This document shows, in pieces, positions 1-10,338 of a DNA stretch of 64,000 nucleotides. Numbering within the stretch: the stretch's first letter is position 1; every line of letters starts with the position of its first letter. Below the pieces are notes generated by a model, which had not been told where the DNA came from, searched no databases, and saw only the letters and a list, made by a program, of their open reading frames with translations. The DNA is from Bacillota bacterium (GTDB lineage: Bacteria > Bacillota > Clostridia > UBA1381 > UMGS1253). A program made the translations under genes and the position numbers. Location: NCBI GenBank assembly GCA_022706785.1, contig JAKJBW010000007.1:25599-89598 (forward strand), in the 5' to 3' direction.

Positions 1-1035
1 GTCATACTGCTTTGCGGCCTCAATGTTTTTCCTGCCCATTTCTTCCCTTAGCGCGCTGTCTTGGGCTAAATCTATAATCGCTTGTGCCAAAGCGCCGCTG
101 TTTCGCGCTTCAACCAATATTCCGTTGATAGTATTGCTGATGATATCAGGCACCCCGTCGACGGCGGTTGCGATCACTGGCAGCCCTGCGCACATCGCTT
201 CAACGACGGACAGCGGCGTTCCTTCAAAATCGGAGGAAAGTATAAAAATATCGGATCCGGCTAAGTATGCCTCAACGTCAGTAACATTACCCGTTAATAC
301 AACCTTATGCTCTAATCCGCAATCCCTGATCTGCTTTTTGATTTCGCCCCTTAATTCACCGTCCCCGACAAGCAAAAGCCGCATACCGGGGACAGCGCCC
401 TGAGCTTTGTTAAAAGCTTCAATCAGGAGTCTGTGATTCTTTTGCCTGTAAAACCTGGCGACACAACACAGCACAAGCCCTTCAAAAACCTTTTTTGCAT
501 TTTTTCTTGTAAACCTGTCCGTGTCGACGGGATTATATATCAAAGGGATTTTATCCTTATTCAGCCGGTGCATTTCAGCGATTTCTTTTTGTATAGAGTT
601 CGATATGGCCACCGGACAGGCCTTGTTTATGTGATACAAAAACCGCTGAATAATTCTCTGTACGGACCGGAGCTCATATTTGGGCGGACAGTGGACTGTG
701 TGGACAATTTTGCACCTGTGGAACATAGCCCACGGAAACACATACAGTATGGTCCCCAGATGGGTGTGCAGCACATCCGGCTTTAATTCCGACAAAGTTT
801 TCCACATGTAAAAAAAACAAGACGGCGCAAATCCCAACGCTTTACCCAGAAACCGTACCTTCACGCCCGCGTCGCAGAGCCGCTTTTCAAGTATTGTGTT
901 ACAGGGTTTCGACATACAGACAAACCCGGCATCATATTTTTCCCGATCTATATTAAGCATGATTTGCGACGCCATAAACTCGGCCCCGCCGACAACCAAA
1001 GACGGCACCAGAATTGCCACTTTTATTTTGGCCAA
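1..1035 (-). CDS. GT4-family glycosyltransferase; C-terminus lies beyond the window edge
   Basis: Absent from the supplied ORF track because it runs off the edge. My minus-strand translation from TTG at 1035 (GGAGAG SD about 8 nt upstream) reads LAKIKVAILVPSLVVGGAEFMA ... LSSDFEGTPLSVVEAMCAGLPVIATAVDGVPDII, the GT-B/GT4 E-x7-E region. Confidence 0.75.
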   Translation of the reverse strand, partial: MAKIKVAILVPSLVVGGAEFMASQIMLNIDREKYDAGFVCMSKPCNTILEKRLCDAGVKVRFLGKALGFAPSCFFYMWKTLSELKPDVLHTHLGTILYVFPWAMFHRCKIVHTVHCPPKYELRSVQRIIQRFLYHINKACPVAISNSIQKEIAEMHRLNKDKIPLIYNPVDTDRFTRKNAKKVFEGLVLCCVARFYRQKNHRLLIEAFNKAQGAVPGMRLLLVGDGELRGEIKKQIRDCGLEHKVVLTGNVTDVEAYLAGSDIFILSSDFEGTPLSVVEAMCAGLPVIATAVDGVPDIISNTINGILVEARNSGALAQAIIDLAQDSALREEMGRKNIEAAKQYD

Positions 1036-1198
1036 ATAAATTACTCTCCGTTCAATCAGCCCAGAAACATGAGCATAATCAGTCCATTTGTTTTATATAA
1101 GCCGTTGCCGTTGGTTTGACGCCTTTTTACTTTATTAATATATTTTATCACAATAACCCCGATAATTCAAGATATATTTTTCGTATTCGGCATTTTGC

Positions 1199-1227
1199 TT
1201 GAATTGCTTTTTCGAGTATGGTAAGAT
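1199..1227 (+). promoter_or_regulatory. Sigma-A-type promoter upstream of rfbB
   Basis: TTGAAT, 17-nt spacer, TGgTAAGAT (extended -10), about 70 nt upstream of the rfbB start. Confidence 0.45.
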
Positions 1228-1295
1228 ATAAAAAGTGCGGAGGTAGCGGTCAGCAGAGGCCTGGCTCATAACAGATAATAAAGGAAGGGGTTTGT

Positions 1296-2282
1296 GTGGC
1301 TGTATGGCTTGTAACCGGCGGAGCCGGTTTTATAGGATCAAACTTCATCTATTTTTTGCTTAAAACCTATCCCGGTGATCGGGTGATTTGTTTTGATGCG
1401 CTGACATATTGCGGTAATTTAAAAACCCTCGACAGGGCTATGGCTGATTCCCGCTTTGTTTTTATACAGGGGGATATTACCGACCCTGCCGCCGTTAATC
1501 TGTGTTTTGAGGCGCACAAACCGGATTATGTGGTTAATTTTGCCGCAGAATCCCATGTCGACCGTTCTATCAGGCAGCCCGATATATTTATTAAAACAAA
1601 CGTGTCCGGTGTTCAGGTGCTGATGGACGCGTGCAGGACGTACGGATGCGGGCGCTTCCACCAGGTGTCTACGGATGAGGTCTACGGTGATTTGCCGCTT
1701 GACCGCCCCGATTTAAAATTTACCGAGGAAAGTCCTTTGCAGCCCTCTTCGCCGTATTCGGCGTCCAAGGCGTCCGCGGATTTGTTGGTGCAGGCATATT
1801 TCCGCACCTTTAAATTACCTGTTTCCATCTCCCGGTGCTCCAATAATTACGGGCCCTTTCACTTCCCTGAAAAGCTCATTCCCCTTACGATCACCAATGC
1901 TTTGCATGACAAGCGGCTGCCGGTTTACGGCGACGGGCAAAATGTGCGGGATTGGCTTTATGTGAACGACCATTGCAGGGCAATTGATATGATTGTCCGC
2001 AGCGGTAAACCCGGATCACTGTTCAATGTGGGCGGAGGCAGCGAATATGCCAATATCAGTATCGTAGGGCTGATTCTTGAAAAGCTCAACAAACCGCAAA
2101 GCCTGATTGAGTTTGTCGCCGACCGCCATGGGCACGATCTGCGTTATGCCATCGATGCCTCAAAAATCAGAAGTGAGCTGGGCTGGGAACCTTTATGCGG
2201 CTTTGACGAGGGCATAAACCAAACGCTGGACTGGTATTTAAACAACAAGGATTGGTGGTGCAGGCTTGTTGCAGACGGCTGA
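1296..2282 (+). CDS. rfbB: dTDP-glucose 4,6-dehydratase
   Basis: 328 aa. TGGAGFIGSN Rossmann motif, ESHVDRSI, YSASK (YxxxK), and overall RmlB-like sequence (NVRDWLYV, HGHDLRYAID). Confidence 0.9.
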   Translation: MAVWLVTGGAGFIGSNFIYFLLKTYPGDRVICFDALTYCGNLKTLDRAMADSRFVFIQGDITDPAAVNLCFEAHKPDYVVNFAAESHVDRSIRQPDIFIKTNVSGVQVLMDACRTYGCGRFHQVSTDEVYGDLPLDRPDLKFTEESPLQPSSPYSASKASADLLVQAYFRTFKLPVSISRCSNNYGPFHFPEKLIPLTITNALHDKRLPVYGDGQNVRDWLYVNDHCRAIDMIVRSGKPGSLFNVGGGSEYANISIVGLILEKLNKPQSLIEFVADRHGHDLRYAIDASKIRSELGWEPLCGFDEGINQTLDWYLNNKDWWCRLVADG

Positions 2283-2536
2283 TCTGGACGAATGGCAGGC
2301 CCATATGCTCTAATGCCCGCTAAACAAAAACCCTGTTCATCCTTTGGGCGAAGCAAAAGCGTGCGGGGATGCAAATCCGCCGTAAGGGGAAGAGGTTTGG
2401 TTATTTTTGCGTGGCAGTGTTTATCGGATAAAATAATTGCCGTATCCTATGATACGGCAATCAGCATTGCGACAGGCATAAACTCGGCGGAATCCGCAGC
2501 TGTTCACCAGCTTGAATATAACGCCATGTAAAATTC

Positions 2537-3571
2537 TCATACGCTTTGGTATACGTTCAGTATTTTCTTTTTGTACTCTCCGATATTATTTATTCTTTCG
2601 GCAGAAACCTCCGCCTCATACGACATTTTCCTGAGGTAATCCGTATCTGTCAGCAGTTTGCAGACGCTTTTGACGAGATCTTCGTTGTCACTGCTTAAAC
2701 AGCCGTTTATGCCGTTATCAATTATCGCTTTAACTCCGTCCACCGGCGTTGAAACTACAGGGGTTCCCAAAAGCATTGCCTCTAAAACGCCCATAGGAAG
2801 CCCTTCATAAACCGAGCTCATCAGCAACACCTTAGCCTGCGACAAAAGCTTATACGGATTATCCATAAAACCGAAAAACGTGACGCTTTCACCAAGGCCT
2901 GCCGTGTTGACGGCATTTGTCACGGCTTCCTTTAACTTCCCTTCGCCCGCGATGCCAAAGCTGGCCCCCGGAACTTTTTCAATTACCCGTGCGGCAATTT
3001 CAACGGCTCTGAGCGGGTCCTTTTGAGCAGACAGCCGCCCCAAAAACAAAAAATCAACCGCATAGTTATGGGCATCCTGCGCAATCGCTTCGATCAGCCG
3101 GCTGTGGTTTACAACATTATATATAACAGCAACCTTGGACTTTATTGCGCCGGCAAACGCGAAATCGTTAAAAACCGAGTCGGAAACGGCGATTATCTTA
3201 GCGTATTTTTTTATGGTAAGCCTATACATCAGGGATTTTAAGGTTATCCTGCGCATATTGATGAAATTACAGTGCAAGTGGGATATTACAGGGATGCTGC
3301 CGGCTGCGGCCGACACAAATACGCTTGCTCTGATGTCATGCGCATGGATGATATCAGGCGCTATAGCTTTAATGGCTTTCCTTATATGTCTGACCGACAG
3401 TTTCCCGATGTCAAAAAAAACGTGCCCACGCTGCGCGACCCGCCGGGCTATCGGACCGTTCGGCGATGCGTAGACCATATCGATTTCACCGCGAAACGCA
3501 TCCATTATTTCCAAAACCACATTTTCCGCACCGGACAACCGGTCGGAGGAAAGCACATGCAAAACCTTCAT
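2537..3571 (-). CDS. GT4-family glycosyltransferase
   Basis: 344 aa. N-terminal SGAENVV and C-terminal SVYEGLPMGVLEAMLLGTPVVSTPVDG (E-x7-E). Confidence 0.8.
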   Translation of the reverse strand: MKVLHVLSSDRLSGAENVVLEIMDAFRGEIDMVYASPNGPIARRVAQRGHVFFDIGKLSVRHIRKAIKAIAPDIIHAHDIRASVFVSAAAGSIPVISHLHCNFINMRRITLKSLMYRLTIKKYAKIIAVSDSVFNDFAFAGAIKSKVAVIYNVVNHSRLIEAIAQDAHNYAVDFLFLGRLSAQKDPLRAVEIAARVIEKVPGASFGIAGEGKLKEAVTNAVNTAGLGESVTFFGFMDNPYKLLSQAKVLLMSSVYEGLPMGVLEAMLLGTPVVSTPVDGVKAIIDNGINGCLSSDNEDLVKSVCKLLTDTDYLRKMSYEAEVSAERINNIGEYKKKILNVYQSV

Positions 3572-3586
3572 TTGTATCCCTTTCAG

Positions 3587-4711
3587 TTAATTTAGGTATA
3601 GGGAATATATTTCCTTCATTTTTCCCAACACAATGTCAATGTCATATGCCCGGACTTTTTTCTTGTTATTTTCACCCATCTGCCGGCATAAATCGGGCGA
3701 TTTCATCAGCAGTTCAATGTATGCGGCAGTTTTCTTCGCATCGTCACAGCCGACCAGAAAGCCGTTTGCGCCATGCTCTATAAGGTCTGTATTCCCTCTT
3801 ATCTTTGTTGCAACAGCCGGAAGTCCGGCTGCCATTGCTTCCATCAGCGCCTTTGACAAACCTTCCTGGTAGGTGGTAAAAAGAAAAAGGTCGCTGCACG
3901 AAAGAATGTCACCGACATCAGTTCTGTGTCCCAGAAAAATGACGTTTGCATCCAAATCCAGCTTGCCGCAGAGTTTCTCCAGCTTTTTTCTGTACGGACC
4001 GTCTCCGCATATGCCGTAAAGCATATGCGTTATCCCGTTCGCCTTCAGGATGGAAACAGCATTTAGCGCCTGCTTGTGATTTTTCCGCTTTCTTAAATCG
4101 CTGACTGTGACAATAAAAAAGGCTTGCTGGGGAATGCCTGTTTCTTGGCGGCGGCAGGCAATATCGTCCGCTGGGAGAGCGTCTGCGCACGCCACTCCGA
4201 CGCCTGGAATATAAAAAACCCTGCCGTTTTCAGCCAGCCGAAACCTTTGGGCCAGCGTAAAGTCCTCATGGTTAATGGTCAGCAGGCCATCCGTGTATCG
4301 TGCCAGAAACAGCTCTACAGGATAAAATAGCAGCCATGACAAAAACGGGGAACCTTTAAAAAAGTGAAACCCGTGCGCCGTATACAAAACCTTTGTCCCC
4401 CGGCGACGGGCCTTTATGGCGGCAAGCCTTGCCAAAACGCCGCCGACCGGCGTATGGCAATGAATTAAATCATAGCTGTTTTTTGATATAATAGATTTCA
4501 GCGCTTTGTATGCCCTGACATTTTTAATGCTGAAGGGATTTTTTTGAAAGCAGATGTTATATTTTACGTCGGCATAAGGCACCGCCGTTTCTCCGTTGCT
4601 TGCGACGTGAACGGCATACCCCAAATCCTTGAAGTATTTGATGCAGGGAATGTGAAAATTAATGATATGGCTGTCAACATGCGCAACAAACAATACCTTC
4701 TTCAAACGCAC
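3587..4711 (-). CDS. GT4-family glycosyltransferase
   Basis: 374 aa. TTYQEGLSKALMEAMAAGLPAVATKIRGNTDLI (E-x7-E). Sits 16 nt downstream of the preceding gene, so probably the same operon. Confidence 0.8.
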   Translation of the reverse strand: MRLKKVLFVAHVDSHIINFHIPCIKYFKDLGYAVHVASNGETAVPYADVKYNICFQKNPFSIKNVRAYKALKSIISKNSYDLIHCHTPVGGVLARLAAIKARRRGTKVLYTAHGFHFFKGSPFLSWLLFYPVELFLARYTDGLLTINHEDFTLAQRFRLAENGRVFYIPGVGVACADALPADDIACRRQETGIPQQAFFIVTVSDLRKRKNHKQALNAVSILKANGITHMLYGICGDGPYRKKLEKLCGKLDLDANVIFLGHRTDVGDILSCSDLFLFTTYQEGLSKALMEAMAAGLPAVATKIRGNTDLIEHGANGFLVGCDDAKKTAAYIELLMKSPDLCRQMGENNKKKVRAYDIDIVLGKMKEIYSLYLN

Positions 4712-4727
4712 ACCTCATTGCGGCAGT

Positions 4728-6095
4728 TCATATTTTTATCTCAACCTTGTTATCGTATACGGCCTTCTCCGCTTTTGCGTTTTGGTAAGAGCTTATTTCG
4801 TTCCCAACGCCTTGGGCAGCGTCTTTTACAAACAGCACGCCCAGCGTCTGAAACATGATCTTTATATCCTGCAGCAGGGAATACTCCTGAATATAAAGCA
4901 AATCATATTTAAGCTTGTCCACGGCGGTCGTATTATATTTGCCCCTGATCTGCCCCAGACCGGTCAGCCCTGCTTTTACGTTGAGCCTGTATTCAAACCC
5001 TGGGATTTCGTTTATATATTTCTCAATGAATACTTCCCTTTCAGGCCTCGGTCCGACAACGCTCATATCTCCCAGCATAATATTAAAAAGCTGGGGCAGC
5101 TCGTCCAAACGCAGAATGCGCAAAACACGCCCGACAGGCGTTATTCTCTCGTCATTTCTTGCGGCAAGCACTGCGCCGCTGTGTTTTTCGGCATCCGGTA
5201 TCATTGTGCGAAACTTATAAAGCTGAAATTTCCGGTATTTGTACGTGATACGCTGCTGCCGGTATATTACCGGCCCGCCGTCATACAGCTTAATTAAGCC
5301 CCCGATGACCAGCATAACGGGCAGGGTCGCAATTATTCCGGCGGCGGCTACCAAAAGGTCAAACGCCCTTTTGATTACCCTTTGGTCTTTGGTCAATTCC
5401 AAGGCTTTGCAATATAAAATAGGGACGTCGTCCACTGTAAATTTGACCGATGAATTCATAACAATTTCATATATTTCGGGTACGATATAAACCCCTTTTT
5501 TATTTTTAACGCAGTAGTTAATAATATTGTGCTTCTCTCCATCCGGTATGCCAAGCAGAAAGACATAATCGCACATTTCAATATCGTCAAGCAGGTCGGC
5601 GCTGGTGTAGCTTACCACATTGATCACTTCAAAATTTACAGGCCTTTTGAGAATTTTTTCAATATAATACGAACCTTTATCAGGACCGCCAAAAATAACG
5701 GTGACCTTTAAAGGCTTATTGAGGGTGTAAAAAATACGGTTACATATGTAAGCCCAAAGCACAACTAAAACAGACTGTAGGGCAAAGCACATCAATACTT
5801 TGTGCAGCGTATAAGCGTATCTGTTCATAATAACTAATATAAAGCATGTGCATAAATCCGCAAAAAAAATGGCCAAAACAACCAAAACAACAATTTCATT
5901 GAGCCTTTTCTGACCAATATTAAGCGCATTGTATAGTTTCAGGAAAACCGCGGAAAAAAGCGCAGTAATGAGGATGTTTTCGATATCAGCCTGCGGAAAG
6001 GAGATAATGGCAATGCATAGGCTTATTATGATAATTGCCGCCGTATAATAAAACACTGTCGATACCGAAATGCTTTGCAACAGCTTCTTTAGCAT
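4728..6095 (-). CDS. Polyprenyl-phosphate glycosyl-1-phosphate transferase (WbaP/CpsE-type priming sugar transferase)
   Basis: 455 aa. N-terminal multi-TM region and a C-terminal bacterial sugar-transferase domain (KRAFDLLVAAAG..., DELPQLFNIMLGDMSVVGPRPE, KAGLTGLGQI). Confidence 0.85.
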   Translation of the reverse strand: MLKKLLQSISVSTVFYYTAAIIIISLCIAIISFPQADIENILITALFSAVFLKLYNALNIGQKRLNEIVVLVVLAIFFADLCTCFILVIMNRYAYTLHKVLMCFALQSVLVVLWAYICNRIFYTLNKPLKVTVIFGGPDKGSYYIEKILKRPVNFEVINVVSYTSADLLDDIEMCDYVFLLGIPDGEKHNIINYCVKNKKGVYIVPEIYEIVMNSSVKFTVDDVPILYCKALELTKDQRVIKRAFDLLVAAAGIIATLPVMLVIGGLIKLYDGGPVIYRQQRITYKYRKFQLYKFRTMIPDAEKHSGAVLAARNDERITPVGRVLRILRLDELPQLFNIMLGDMSVVGPRPEREVFIEKYINEIPGFEYRLNVKAGLTGLGQIRGKYNTTAVDKLKYDLLYIQEYSLLQDIKIMFQTLGVLFVKDAAQGVGNEISSYQNAKAEKAVYDNKVEIKI

Positions 6096-6315
6096 TTTTC
6101 AACCGCCTTTCCCGGTTTTCGCCCTTTTTCGCAGAAATTGCAAATCGGGCATATACCCTTGCCGAAAAACGTAATAAATAATAAGCATATCGCCGTGTTA
6201 ACCTTATTTTTAAACATACATATCTTAGTATATTTTATCACTCGAGTCCTGTGTTGTCAAGCGTAAGACCACCGGTGCCTGCAAATTTCCCTTTACATTT
6301 TTATCTATTCCTTAC

Positions 6316-6344
6316 TTGAAATCATGCTGTGCAGGTGGTATAAT
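6316..6344 (+). promoter_or_regulatory. Near-consensus sigma-A promoter for the 6515-10133 operon
   Basis: TTGAAA, exactly 17 nt, TATAAT. Confidence 0.5.
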
Positions 6345-6514
6345 AAAGGCCGGTAAAAAATGTCGGAATTTAAGCGCTTGGTTTGTTAAACCTGTGCGCA
6401 GGATATCCCTGCTTAAGCGGGTGGCTGCGCAAATGCGGCATATTTGTTGAAACGGTTGGCATAAAGCAATGCCCGCATTATTCTATAATGCTTGAGAAAA
6501 AGGGGACGGATAAG

Positions 6515-7729
6515 ATGGAAAGCACTGCCGGCAAGGCCATCTATAACGGTTTTTTAGAGGTGGCAAAGGAAAAATGCGGCTATTTTGCCCAATGGACCTA
6601 TGATACGCCTATCGCCATCACGACGGCTACAAATCAAAAGCTCCACAAAATACAGAAGCTGCTCTACAAATGTATCCGTTATTTTGTGGAAAATTACGAA
6701 GCGTTCTATGAATTGATGCCGGTTTCGGACCAGGTCCGCGGCATCCTTTCACTGTTTCAGGAAAAGCCTTACAGAACGGGCACATACAGAACGGATTTTG
6801 TCGTCGGGGAGCAGAATGAAATTAAGCTGATTGAGATTACCTGCCGGTTTGCAATGAACGGTTTTTTTACCACCGGGTTTTTCCGCCTGCTTTCGGAAAG
6901 GTTTTTGCAGTATCACCCCGAGATCCGCAAAGTTGATGATTATACGCCGTATTTTGATTACATTGCAGGCTGTTACAAAGCATTCGACCGCATCTGCCTT
7001 TTGAAGGGCGTTGTGGAAAAGAATGAAGATAAGATTATGATACCAATATTTGAGGCGGCAAAATACCCTGTTTTTGTGCTGCGGCCGGATGAAATCTCCG
7101 CTGGCACCCACCTGTTTGAGAATTCATTGGTCATGTCGCAGCTCAGTCACGAAGAGATATGCTCGCTTCCCATGGACACTATACGGGCAATACGGGACGC
7201 CAATCTGATTAACGATTACAGAACGGTATTTCTGATCCACGATAAGCGGTTTTTGTCGGTCCTGTCAAAAGAATCGTTTTTGGACAAAGTGCTGACGGCC
7301 CGGGAAAAAGAGGAATTCCTGCAATACCTCGTCCCCACCTATCAAAAAGGGGAGAGGGAGGATTTATGGCAGGCCGCCAGGCACGAAAAGGAAAAATGGA
7401 TCATCAAGCCAAGCGTCTTGGGCAGAAGCATTGATATCTTCGCGGGCTGCGTGACCGCCGATAAGGATTGGGCAGCTTTATTTGAAAAAGAAAGAACGGA
7501 CATTGTTTTGCAGGAATATATCAGTCAGCGCCGTTTCCGGGGCCGGATCGGCGAACAAAGCTACAACGATTACGCCGTAGGGACCCTGCTGTTTTTTGAC
7601 GACCATTTTTTTGGCCCCGGCATGTTTCGCACCTCTTCCCATCCGGTGACAAACATTACCGACGACAGAAAGATGGCTTTTGTCGTGACCGACGACACCG
7701 AATGTTTTTCGCAGGACAATGTACTTTGA
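6515..7729 (+). CDS. ATP-grasp-like ligase (glutathione-synthetase-like fold), function unknown
   Basis: Start moved to ATG 6515 (MESTAGK) because the upstream extension has no SD. Motifs: YRTDFVVGEQNEIKLIEIT, WIIKPSVLGRSIDIFAG, IVLQEYISQ resemble the ATP-grasp K and QEY/E-N segments. Assigned from motifs only. Confidence 0.4.
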   Translation: MESTAGKAIYNGFLEVAKEKCGYFAQWTYDTPIAITTATNQKLHKIQKLLYKCIRYFVENYEAFYELMPVSDQVRGILSLFQEKPYRTGTYRTDFVVGEQNEIKLIEITCRFAMNGFFTTGFFRLLSERFLQYHPEIRKVDDYTPYFDYIAGCYKAFDRICLLKGVVEKNEDKIMIPIFEAAKYPVFVLRPDEISAGTHLFENSLVMSQLSHEEICSLPMDTIRAIRDANLINDYRTVFLIHDKRFLSVLSKESFLDKVLTAREKEEFLQYLVPTYQKGEREDLWQAARHEKEKWIIKPSVLGRSIDIFAGCVTADKDWAALFEKERTDIVLQEYISQRRFRGRIGEQSYNDYAVGTLLFFDDHFFGPGMFRTSSHPVTNITDDRKMAFVVTDDTECFSQDNVL

Positions 7730-7753
7730 ATTTTTGAAGGTGAACAGTTTATT

Positions 7754-8455
7754 ATGGGATGGAAGGAATTCTGGAACGAATTTCCGCTTAGGTTTGAAAA
7801 AGACAGCCTTTTCCACCAGGTTGGAAAGACATATGGCGGAAAGCCCATCAACGATTGGCAGTTTCGTATCCTGATGGGTGACATTATAGCCAAGCTGAAT
7901 ATTACGCAGGAGGACTATGTGCTGGATTTGTGCTGTGGGAACGGTCTTATCACGCACAGGATCGCGCCGTTCTGCAAAGGCGTTTCGGGGATCGACTTTT
8001 CCGTACCGCTTATCTGTACGGCAGAAGCATGTTGCCGAGCGGGTAACCTGAAATACCACTGTGCATCCGCCCTCCAGATTTCGCGGCAGCACCTGTTCAA
8101 AGAGGGTTCGCTTTTCCGCAGGGTTTATATGTATGAGGCGCTCCAGCACTTTGCTTATGAGCAGCTAGGGCCGCTTTTGCAGCGTATTCTCACCCTATCG
8201 GAGGATGATGTCACCATTCTTCTGGCCAGCATCCCCGACCGGACCAGGTTAACTTCCTTTTACAATACGCCCGAGCTTTTGTCCGATTACTATGCCAAAA
8301 CGGAAAAGGGCGAGCTGCTGCTCGGGACGTGGTGGGATCCGGATTATATCCGGCAGGTCTGCGCGGAAAAGGGGTTGCGCGCTGTAGTATGCCGGCAGCC
8401 CGCACAGCTGCATACAGCGTACTATCGTTTTGACGTATTGATTACAAGAAAATAG
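7754..8455 (+). CDS. Class I SAM-dependent methyltransferase
   Basis: 233 aa. VLDLCCGNGLIT (motif I) followed by GIDFS. Confidence 0.7.
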   Translation: MGWKEFWNEFPLRFEKDSLFHQVGKTYGGKPINDWQFRILMGDIIAKLNITQEDYVLDLCCGNGLITHRIAPFCKGVSGIDFSVPLICTAEACCRAGNLKYHCASALQISRQHLFKEGSLFRRVYMYEALQHFAYEQLGPLLQRILTLSEDDVTILLASIPDRTRLTSFYNTPELLSDYYAKTEKGELLLGTWWDPDYIRQVCAEKGLRAVVCRQPAQLHTAYYRFDVLITRK

Positions 8456-8472
8456 TGATTGGGGAAGTGATT

Positions 8473-9237
8473 ATGAAGCTCGGGCTGATGCAGCCTTACT
8501 TTTTTCCGTATATCGGATATTTTCAGCTGATACAGGCGGTCGACAGCTTTATCGTCTATGATGACGTTGCCTTTATCAAGCAGGGCTGGATTAACCGGAA
8601 CCGGCTTTTGCCGCTGCATGGGCAGCCAGTTTATTTCAATGTGCCGCTTAAGGGTGCGGGTTCCTTCCAAAAGATCCGTTCCATTGAAATTTTCGATGAC
8701 GGCAGATGGCGGCCAAGGCTCTTGAAGATGATCCAACATAACTATAAGTCAGCGTCATACTTTGAGGAGACCTTTCCCCTCATAAAGGATCTCATACTGA
8801 CAGAGGAGCAAAGTCTGTCTGGGTATAACCTTTGCATCATGCGGGGCATAGCGGGCCACCTGGATATCGGCACGGATATCCGCTACGAGCCCGACAAATA
8901 TCAGTGGCTGGAAAGCGCGCTTGCTGCCGAACCGTCCGCTTTAAAGCATAAATATGCTGAGGCGGGGTATGCTTCGGAGTCAAAAGTTATCCGTATCCTT
9001 GAAATCTGCAAGCACGAGGGCGCCGATACTTACGTCAATGCGATTGGCGGACAGGCGCTTTATGACAGGGAAATCTTTTGCCGAAGCGGCGTAGCGCTTT
9101 TATTTGTCAACACACTGCCGTATCAATATGACCAGCGGTCAGAGGCGTTTTATCCGCATCTGTCCATCATTGACGTTTTGATGAACTGCGGAAGGGAAAA
9201 TACCAAAAAAATGCTGTGCGGCTTTACGTTAATTTAG
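8473..9237 (+). CDS. WbqC-family protein (polysaccharide-locus protein of unknown function)
   Basis: Start at ATG 8473 (GGGGAAG SD). N-terminus MKLGLMQPYFFPYIGYFQLI is the WbqC-family signature as I recall it. Confidence 0.65.
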   Translation: MKLGLMQPYFFPYIGYFQLIQAVDSFIVYDDVAFIKQGWINRNRLLPLHGQPVYFNVPLKGAGSFQKIRSIEIFDDGRWRPRLLKMIQHNYKSASYFEETFPLIKDLILTEEQSLSGYNLCIMRGIAGHLDIGTDIRYEPDKYQWLESALAAEPSALKHKYAEAGYASESKVIRILEICKHEGADTYVNAIGGQALYDREIFCRSGVALLFVNTLPYQYDQRSEAFYPHLSIIDVLMNCGRENTKKMLCGFTLI

Positions 9238-9257
9238 ACAGTAAGGACTGATTAATT

Positions 9258-10133
9258 ATGCCAGGCAACGCCCAACCGCTTGTCAGCGTACGAATTATCA
9301 CATACAATCACGCCAAATTTATCAAACAGTGCATTGAAGGCGCGCTTATGCAGAAAACAACCTTTCCGTTCGAAATTCTGATCGGAGAGGATTGCAGCAC
9401 GGACGGCACGCGTGAGATTGTGTTTTCTTACGCCGAAAGATATCCGGACCTGATACGGGTAATCACCTCCGACCAGAACGTGGGGGCTAACCCCAACATT
9501 CAACGGGTCATAGCGGCGTGCAGGGGAAAATATTATACCATATGCGAAGGCGACGATTATTGGATTGATCCGCTCAAGCTGCAAAAACAGTTTGATTTTA
9601 TGGAAGCCAATCCGGATTGCCCTATGTGTTTTCATAACGCCTTTATTATTTCGGAAGATGCAAGTCAGCCTCCCGAATATTTTTGCCCCGGCGGTTTGAA
9701 AAACTGGCTTTCCTTTCCCGATGTCATAGAACGGGAGCGTATTATTCCCACCTTAAGCGTGTTTCTCCGTGCCGACATTGCACAGACCCTGCCGCAGTGG
9801 CGGTTCAAATACTGGTGCGGTGATCTGGTCGTGCGTTTGTGGTGTGCGCACTGCGGCCAGATCGGATATCTGAATGAAATCATGGGCGTTTACCGGAAAC
9901 ACGCCGGTGGTATCACACAGGCAATGGCTTTTACTAAGCATGCGCTGCAAAGCCGACAGGATTTATATGCTGAGCTGGACAGGGATACGGACTATGTGTA
10001 CAGTGATCTTATCAAAGCGGAAATCCGCAGGCAGAAAGAGGAGCACACGCTCCTTACGGGTATCCACAGGTTCGGAAAGCTGTACTATCTTATGAATCCG
10101 GCGGCGGCTTACAGAAAAATGTTTAAAAGGTAA
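9258..10133 (+). CDS. GT2-family glycosyltransferase
   Basis: 291 aa. VSVRIITYNHAKFIKQCIEGAL ... ILIGEDCSTDGT is the typical GT-A N-terminal region. Confidence 0.8.
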   Translation: MPGNAQPLVSVRIITYNHAKFIKQCIEGALMQKTTFPFEILIGEDCSTDGTREIVFSYAERYPDLIRVITSDQNVGANPNIQRVIAACRGKYYTICEGDDYWIDPLKLQKQFDFMEANPDCPMCFHNAFIISEDASQPPEYFCPGGLKNWLSFPDVIERERIIPTLSVFLRADIAQTLPQWRFKYWCGDLVVRLWCAHCGQIGYLNEIMGVYRKHAGGITQAMAFTKHALQSRQDLYAELDRDTDYVYSDLIKAEIRRQKEEHTLLTGIHRFGKLYYLMNPAAAYRKMFKR

Positions 10134-10338
10134 CCGGCTCTTTTTACGACACATACCGGCGTCCATCTGAAAAATATAAACGTTGATCAGGGCTTGTTAA
10201 AAAAATTCCTTTACCCGTTTATCGGCCGAAAAATCCGCCCTGCTGCGGCAAAAATCTTGTTGATACACGAAGCGTTATTTTTCCTGCAGAACAGCCGGCA
10301 TGAACAAAACGGCCAGATTATGATTTGAGGTGATAGTT

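Noticed and set aside
6383-6514. N-terminal extension of the ATP-grasp-like ORF (TTG 6383).
   Set aside because: No SD is present. It overlaps the leader just downstream of the promoter at 6316-6344. ATG 6515 has an AG-rich SD-like sequence and a plausible N-terminus.
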